DNA of 31,370 nt, taken from NCBI GenBank assembly GCA_049320885.1, contig JBMORA010000004.1, positions 1 through 31,370 on the forward strand, in the 5' to 3' direction. A model generated the notes under the pieces. The model searched no databases and was not told the DNA's origin. It saw only the letters and a list, made by a program, of their open reading frames with translations. Positions 27,228 through 31,370 of the stretch are shown in pieces. Position 1 is the first letter of the stretch, and each line of letters opens with the position of its first letter. The translations under genes and the position numbers were made by a program. This DNA is from Thermodesulfobacteriota bacterium (lineage in GTDB: Bacteria > Desulfobacterota > Desulfobacteria > Desulfobacterales > SURF-7).

Positions 27228-30035
27228 TTATTCGGTTTTACCCAGCTCCGCCAGGGCCGCCTGGCATCGGGGACAGGTGTTCGGATAGGCGGCGTTTTTC
27301 CCGGTTTCGACATCATAGACCCAGCAACGTTCGCATTTTTCACCGGGAGCGCGCGTCACCCGAATGGAAAGTCCGTCGATCTCACTGCTGTGGCAGGCGC
27401 CGTCCAGGGTCCCGTCTTCCCGGAGTTCCGCCTTGGAGACGATGAAAAGACTCCGCAGCTCTTCCCGGTATTCCCCGAGCAGACGGGTCAGATCATCAGC
27501 CGCCCGGATGGTCACGGCCGCGTCCAGGGGGTGGCCGATGAGTTTTTGGACCCTGGCCGCCTCCAAGGCCTTGGTCACTTCGCCGCGCACCGCGAGCAAC
27601 TGATCCCATTTCCGGGCCAATTCCTCATTGCGCCAGCGCGGATCCACATCCGGCAAAACCGTCAGGTGGATGCTCTCGGCCCTGGGTGCCTGTACCGGCA
27701 TGTATTTCCAGATTTCTTCCGCGGTGAAGGGAAGAATCGGAGCCATGATTTTGGCAACGGCGTCCAGCACCAGATACATGGTTGTCTGGGCGCTGCGGCG
27801 GGCGGCCGAGCGGGGCGGCGACGTATACAGCCGGTCCTTGAGGATGTCCAGATAAAAAGCGGACAGATCCACGGCGCAGAAATTGTGCAGGGCATGGTAA
27901 ATCAGATGGAATTCATACGTGTCGTATGCCCGGTGCGCCTTCCGGACCAGCTCGCCGAGACGATGGAGCGCATAGCGGTCTATATCCGGCATGGATTCGA
28001 TCGCCATCCCGTCTTGTTCCGGATGAAAGTCCGACAGATTGCCGAGCATGAAACGGCAGGTGTTGCGAATCCTGCGGTAGGCATCGCTCAGTTGCTTCAA
28101 GATCTCGTCCGAAATCCGCACATCGTCCCGGTAATCGGAAGCCGCCACCCACAACCGCAGGATCTCGGCGCCGTATTTCCGGATCACCTCCTCCGGAGCG
28201 ATCACATTGCCGATGGATTTGGACATTTTTTTTCCGGCGGCGTCCACCACGAATCCATGGGTCAGAACGGATTTGTACGGCGCTTTCTGGCGGGTTCCCA
28301 CGGCAGTCAGCAGCGTGCTGTGAAACCAGCCGCGGTGCTGGTCGCTGCCTTCCAGATAGAGATCCGCCGGCCAGGCCAGTTGGCTGCGTTCTTCCAGGAC
28401 CGCCGCATGACTGACACCGGAGTCGAACCAGACATCCAGGATATCCGTCTCCTTTTTAAAACCGTTGTGGCCGCAGGCCGCGCACCGGGCGTCCTCACCG
28501 ATGAAGGCGGCGGCGTCCTCGTTGAACCAGACATCGGCGCCGCCCGCGTCGAACCGTTCAAACACGTTTTCCGCGATCCGCGGGTTCATCAGCAGGGAAT
28601 CGCATTTCTCGCAGTAGAACACCGTGATGGGGACCCCCCAGGACCGCTGCCGGGAAACGCACCAGTCGGGCCGGTTGGCGATCATGCCGTGGATCCGTTC
28701 CCGGCCCCAGGAGGGGATCCAGCGCACCCGGTCGATTTCGGCCAGGGATTTTTCGCGCAGGCCATTGGTTTCCATGGAAATGAACCATTGCGGCGTGGCC
28801 CGGAAAATGACGGGTTTCTTGCAGCGCCAGCAGTGGGGATAGGAATGCCGGATGGATTCCTGGGCGATCAGGGTTCCGGTCTCCTGGAGTTTCTGAATAA
28901 TGTCCTTATTGGCTTCGAAAACGAAGCGTTGTTGAAAAAAACCGACGTCGTCCGTGAACTTTCCGTTGTCATCCACCGGCGAATAGGGCTCCAGCCCGTA
29001 TTTCAAGGCGACTTCGTAATCCTCGCGGCCGTGGCCGGGAGCCGTGTGCACGCATCCGGTTCCGGCATCCAGGGTGACATGGTTGCCGAGAACGATCAGG
29101 GACGGCCGATCGTACAGGGGATGACGGCAGGTTTTTCGTTCCAGGGCGGCGGGGCTGATTTCCGCGATGATCCGATGCCGGTCGATACCGAAGGATCGCA
29201 GGCAGGCGTCCACCAGTTCCCGGGCCACGATGAGCACCTGGTCCGGCTGGGTTTCCACCGCCGCATAAACGAAATCCGGGTGCAGGGCGATGGCCAGGTT
29301 GGCGGGCAGGGTCCAGGGGGTGGTGGTCCAGATCACCACCTGCACCGTTTTTCCGGCCAAAGCCGGCAATTCCGGCCCCAGGTCGTCGATCATTTCGAAT
29401 GTCACGAAAACGGACGGCGAGGTCTCATCGTAATACTCGATCTCGGCTTCCGCCAGCGCGGTTTTGCAACTGCAGCACCAGTGGATCGGTTTTCGGCTGC
29501 GGAACAACCCGCCGTTCATGGCGAATTTCATGCATTCCCGGGCGATGATCGCCTCATAGCGGTGGGTCATGGTCAAATAGGGATTTTCCCATTCCCCCAT
29601 GACCCCCAGACGCTTGAATTCGCTGCGCTGGACATCGATGAACTTCTCGGCATAGGACCGGCAACGCTGCCGGATTTCCACCAGGCTCATGGTCTTTTTT
29701 TTGTTTCCGAGTTCCTTGTCCACATTGTGTTCAATGGGCAGGCCGTGACAATCCCACCCCGGCACGTAGGGGGCGTCGAATCCCGCCATCTGCTTTGAAC
29801 GGACGATGATATCCTTGAGGATTTTGTTCATGGCCGTGCCGATATGAATGTGTCCGTTGGCATAGGGAGGACCGTCATGCAGCAAAAATTTCTTTCGGCC
29901 CGCCGAGGCTTGGCGGATTTTATCGTACAGGCGGCTCTCTTCCCAGGAGGTCAATTGTTCCGGTTCGCGCTGGGCAAGGTTGGCTTTCATGGGGAATCGG
30001 GTGTCGGGAAGGTTGAGCGTATCTTTATAATTCAT
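27228..30035 (-). CDS. ileS: Isoleucine--tRNA ligase (type 1)
   Basis: [41 protein letters not shown] and C-terminal CERC...CPRC zinc motif. Confidence 0.99.
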   Translation of the reverse strand: MNYKDTLNLPDTRFPMKANLAQREPEQLTSWEESRLYDKIRQASAGRKKFLLHDGPPYANGHIHIGTAMNKILKDIIVRSKQMAGFDAPYVPGWDCHGLPIEHNVDKELGNKKKTMSLVEIRQRCRSYAEKFIDVQRSEFKRLGVMGEWENPYLTMTHRYEAIIARECMKFAMNGGLFRSRKPIHWCCSCKTALAEAEIEYYDETSPSVFVTFEMIDDLGPELPALAGKTVQVVIWTTTPWTLPANLAIALHPDFVYAAVETQPDQVLIVARELVDACLRSFGIDRHRIIAEISPAALERKTCRHPLYDRPSLIVLGNHVTLDAGTGCVHTAPGHGREDYEVALKYGLEPYSPVDDNGKFTDDVGFFQQRFVFEANKDIIQKLQETGTLIAQESIRHSYPHCWRCKKPVIFRATPQWFISMETNGLREKSLAEIDRVRWIPSWGRERIHGMIANRPDWCVSRQRSWGVPITVFYCEKCDSLLMNPRIAENVFERFDAGGADVWFNEDAAAFIGEDARCAACGHNGFKKETDILDVWFDSGVSHAAVLEERSQLAWPADLYLEGSDQHRGWFHSTLLTAVGTRQKAPYKSVLTHGFVVDAAGKKMSKSIGNVIAPEEVIRKYGAEILRLWVAASDYRDDVRISDEILKQLSDAYRRIRNTCRFMLGNLSDFHPEQDGMAIESMPDIDRYALHRLGELVRKAHRAYDTYEFHLIYHALHNFCAVDLSAFYLDILKDRLYTSPPRSAARRSAQTTMYLVLDAVAKIMAPILPFTAEEIWKYMPVQAPRAESIHLTVLPDVDPRWRNEELARKWDQLLAVRGEVTKALEAARVQKLIGHPLDAAVTIRAADDLTRLLGEYREELRSLFIVSKAELREDGTLDGACHSSEIDGLSIRVTRAPGEKCERCWVYDVETGKNAAYPNTCPRCQAALAELGKTE

Positions 30036-30113
30036 ACATCCTCCGGAATGGTCATCGAAAACAAAGGCTACGGCTTAAAAGGTTTTATTTTTAAGTCAGA
30101 TAGCATGAAGGTG

Positions 30114-30806
30114 TCAAGGAAATATAATGCCGAGCAGGACTCTTTTTCCGCCGGCGGCGGGCAAGGCGTACGACCATGATTCGAGGTGTAACTCCTTGCC
30201 GCAAATCTCCCTGCCGTCGGGCAGGGTCATGCGCAGGGTCGCCAGCTCCCGGACTTCCTCGTCGATGGTCTTGGCTTTCATGGCCAGAATCCGGCCACCG
30301 GGTTTCAGCAGCGGCAGGGCCAGGGGTATGAAGAGCCTGAGACTGGAAAACGCGCGACTGATGGCCACATCATAGCGGTCGTCCGGCCCCATGGTTTTGC
30401 CCAGTTCCTCCACGCGCCCATGCAGGGCCCGGATACCGGTCAGCCCCAGGGTCCGGATCACCTCATTCAGGAAACTGACTTTTTTCCGGACGGCATCGAT
30501 CATGGTGACGGACAGGGAGGGATGCGCGATTTTCAAGGGCAGACCCGGAAATCCGCCGCCGCTGCCGATATCGATGAGGCGCTCCCCGGGATTCAGCCGC
30601 TTTCCGGGGAGCATGCTGTCGATAAAATGTTTGATCACCATCTCCCGGGGCCGGGTGATGCTGGTCAGGTTGGTTTTTTGGTTCCAGCGCCACAACAGTT
30701 CGGCGTGGACGCTGCATTGCGTCAGCTGGAGGGCGGTCAGGGGGATATCGCCTTCGGCGGCCGCTTTCTCCAGCAGCCCTTTCCATTCATCCGGGTCCCA
30801 GGTCAT
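30114..30806 (-). CDS. rsmG: 16S rRNA m7G527 methyltransferase
   Basis: WNQKTNLT, HFIDS, DIGSGGGFPG, KKVSFL, GRVEE and SRAF. Start at ATG 30806. Confidence 0.96.
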   Translation of the reverse strand: MTWDPDEWKGLLEKAAAEGDIPLTALQLTQCSVHAELLWRWNQKTNLTSITRPREMVIKHFIDSMLPGKRLNPGERLIDIGSGGGFPGLPLKIAHPSLSVTMIDAVRKKVSFLNEVIRTLGLTGIRALHGRVEELGKTMGPDDRYDVAISRAFSSLRLFIPLALPLLKPGGRILAMKAKTIDEEVRELATLRMTLPDGREICGKELHLESWSYALPAAGGKRVLLGIIFP

Positions 30807-31370
30807 TCCCGCCCTTCTCTTTTTCCGGCAGCACATCATCAAAGGACATGGTGAGTTCCATCTCGCTGCCTTCGTAGGTGATTTTGGGATTGGGATAGCG
30901 GTTTTTAAACACTTGAATCATGGCCGTATTCACCCGCAGAACCGTGGCGGTGAAGGTGGTGAATCCGTTCTCCCTGGCGATCCCCTCCAGAACCCTCAGC
31001 AGGTAAGAGCCCACACCCATGTGCTGCAGCTCCTCCTTGACCACGAAAGCCACTTCCGCCACGGTGTCGCTGACCTTGGCGTAGGATGCAATGGCCATGA
31101 TTTCCTTGTGGCCGCCCTTTTGCACCAGGCCGAGAATCGACATGTTGTTGCGGTAATCCACACTGGCCCACTGACGTTGAAGCATTTCATGAGAAAAAAT
31201 TCGTATTTTGGCGAAATATCTATAATATACTGTCTTTTCGTGTAGGGAATAGAAGAAATTGCGCGAGGAGAATTCATCCGAGGGCAGCATGGGCCGGAAC
31301 TCGATGGTTTTGCCGTTGGCCAGCCGCAGGCTGCTCTTGTAGCTTTCCAGAAACAGCAGGTCCTCCCCCG
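30787..31370 (-). CDS. C-terminal GNAT domain of a larger protein (5' end outside the window; possibly an acetyl-CoA hydrolase/transferase-GNAT fusion)
   Basis: Frame is open to the window edge (...LRLANGKTIEFRPMLPSDE). VYYRYF, AEVAFVV, QHMGVGSYL and NTAM motifs. Confidence 0.8.
   Translation of the reverse strand, partial: GEDLLFLESYKSSLRLANGKTIEFRPMLPSDEFSSRNFFYSLHEKTVYYRYFAKIRIFSHEMLQRQWASVDYRNNMSILGLVQKGGHKEIMAIASYAKVSDTVAEVAFVVKEELQHMGVGSYLLRVLEGIARENGFTTFTATVLRVNTAMIQVFKNRYPNPKITYEGSEMELTMSFDDVLPEKEKGGNDLGPG

Noticed and set aside
25431..29798. 1455-aa plus-strand ORF
   Set aside because: Antisense shadow of ileS-lspA-lgt-holA in GC-rich DNA; no recognisable motifs.
29820..29880. IleRS HIGH motif reads HIGT
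   Set aside because: A tolerated variant in bacterial IleRS as far as I know; all other motifs are intact.

Overview
Probably a Desulfobacterota (deltaproteobacterial) chromosome segment. The left half (1-17054) is a complete minus-strand type I-E CRISPR-Cas locus: cas3-cas8e-cas11-cas7-cas5-cas6e-[Bro-N gene]-cas1-cas2-leader, then an array with 83 visible repeats and 82 spacers that runs off the window edge. Two co-oriented accessory genes precede it. One is an XRE-HTH/ImmA-IrrE fusion whose zinc-binding motif is lost (HExxH -> YEFGR). The other is a four-helix-bundle gene carrying an in-frame inverted repeat built from 7-bp units. Cas8e has lost most zinc cysteines and has a remodelled PAM-loop region, and Cas6e is about 100 aa longer than usual. 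The middle holds a sigma54-type DASS/SLC13 transporter operon with a REC-CBS regulator. The right half is a housekeeping run (GNAT, rsmG, ileS, lspA, lgt, holA). The 3' part of holA plus a 70-aa gene is duplicated (about 97% identical, counted by eye) around a Tat-signal FAD oxidoreductase and a PAS fragment. All family calls come from motif recognition; no searches were run.
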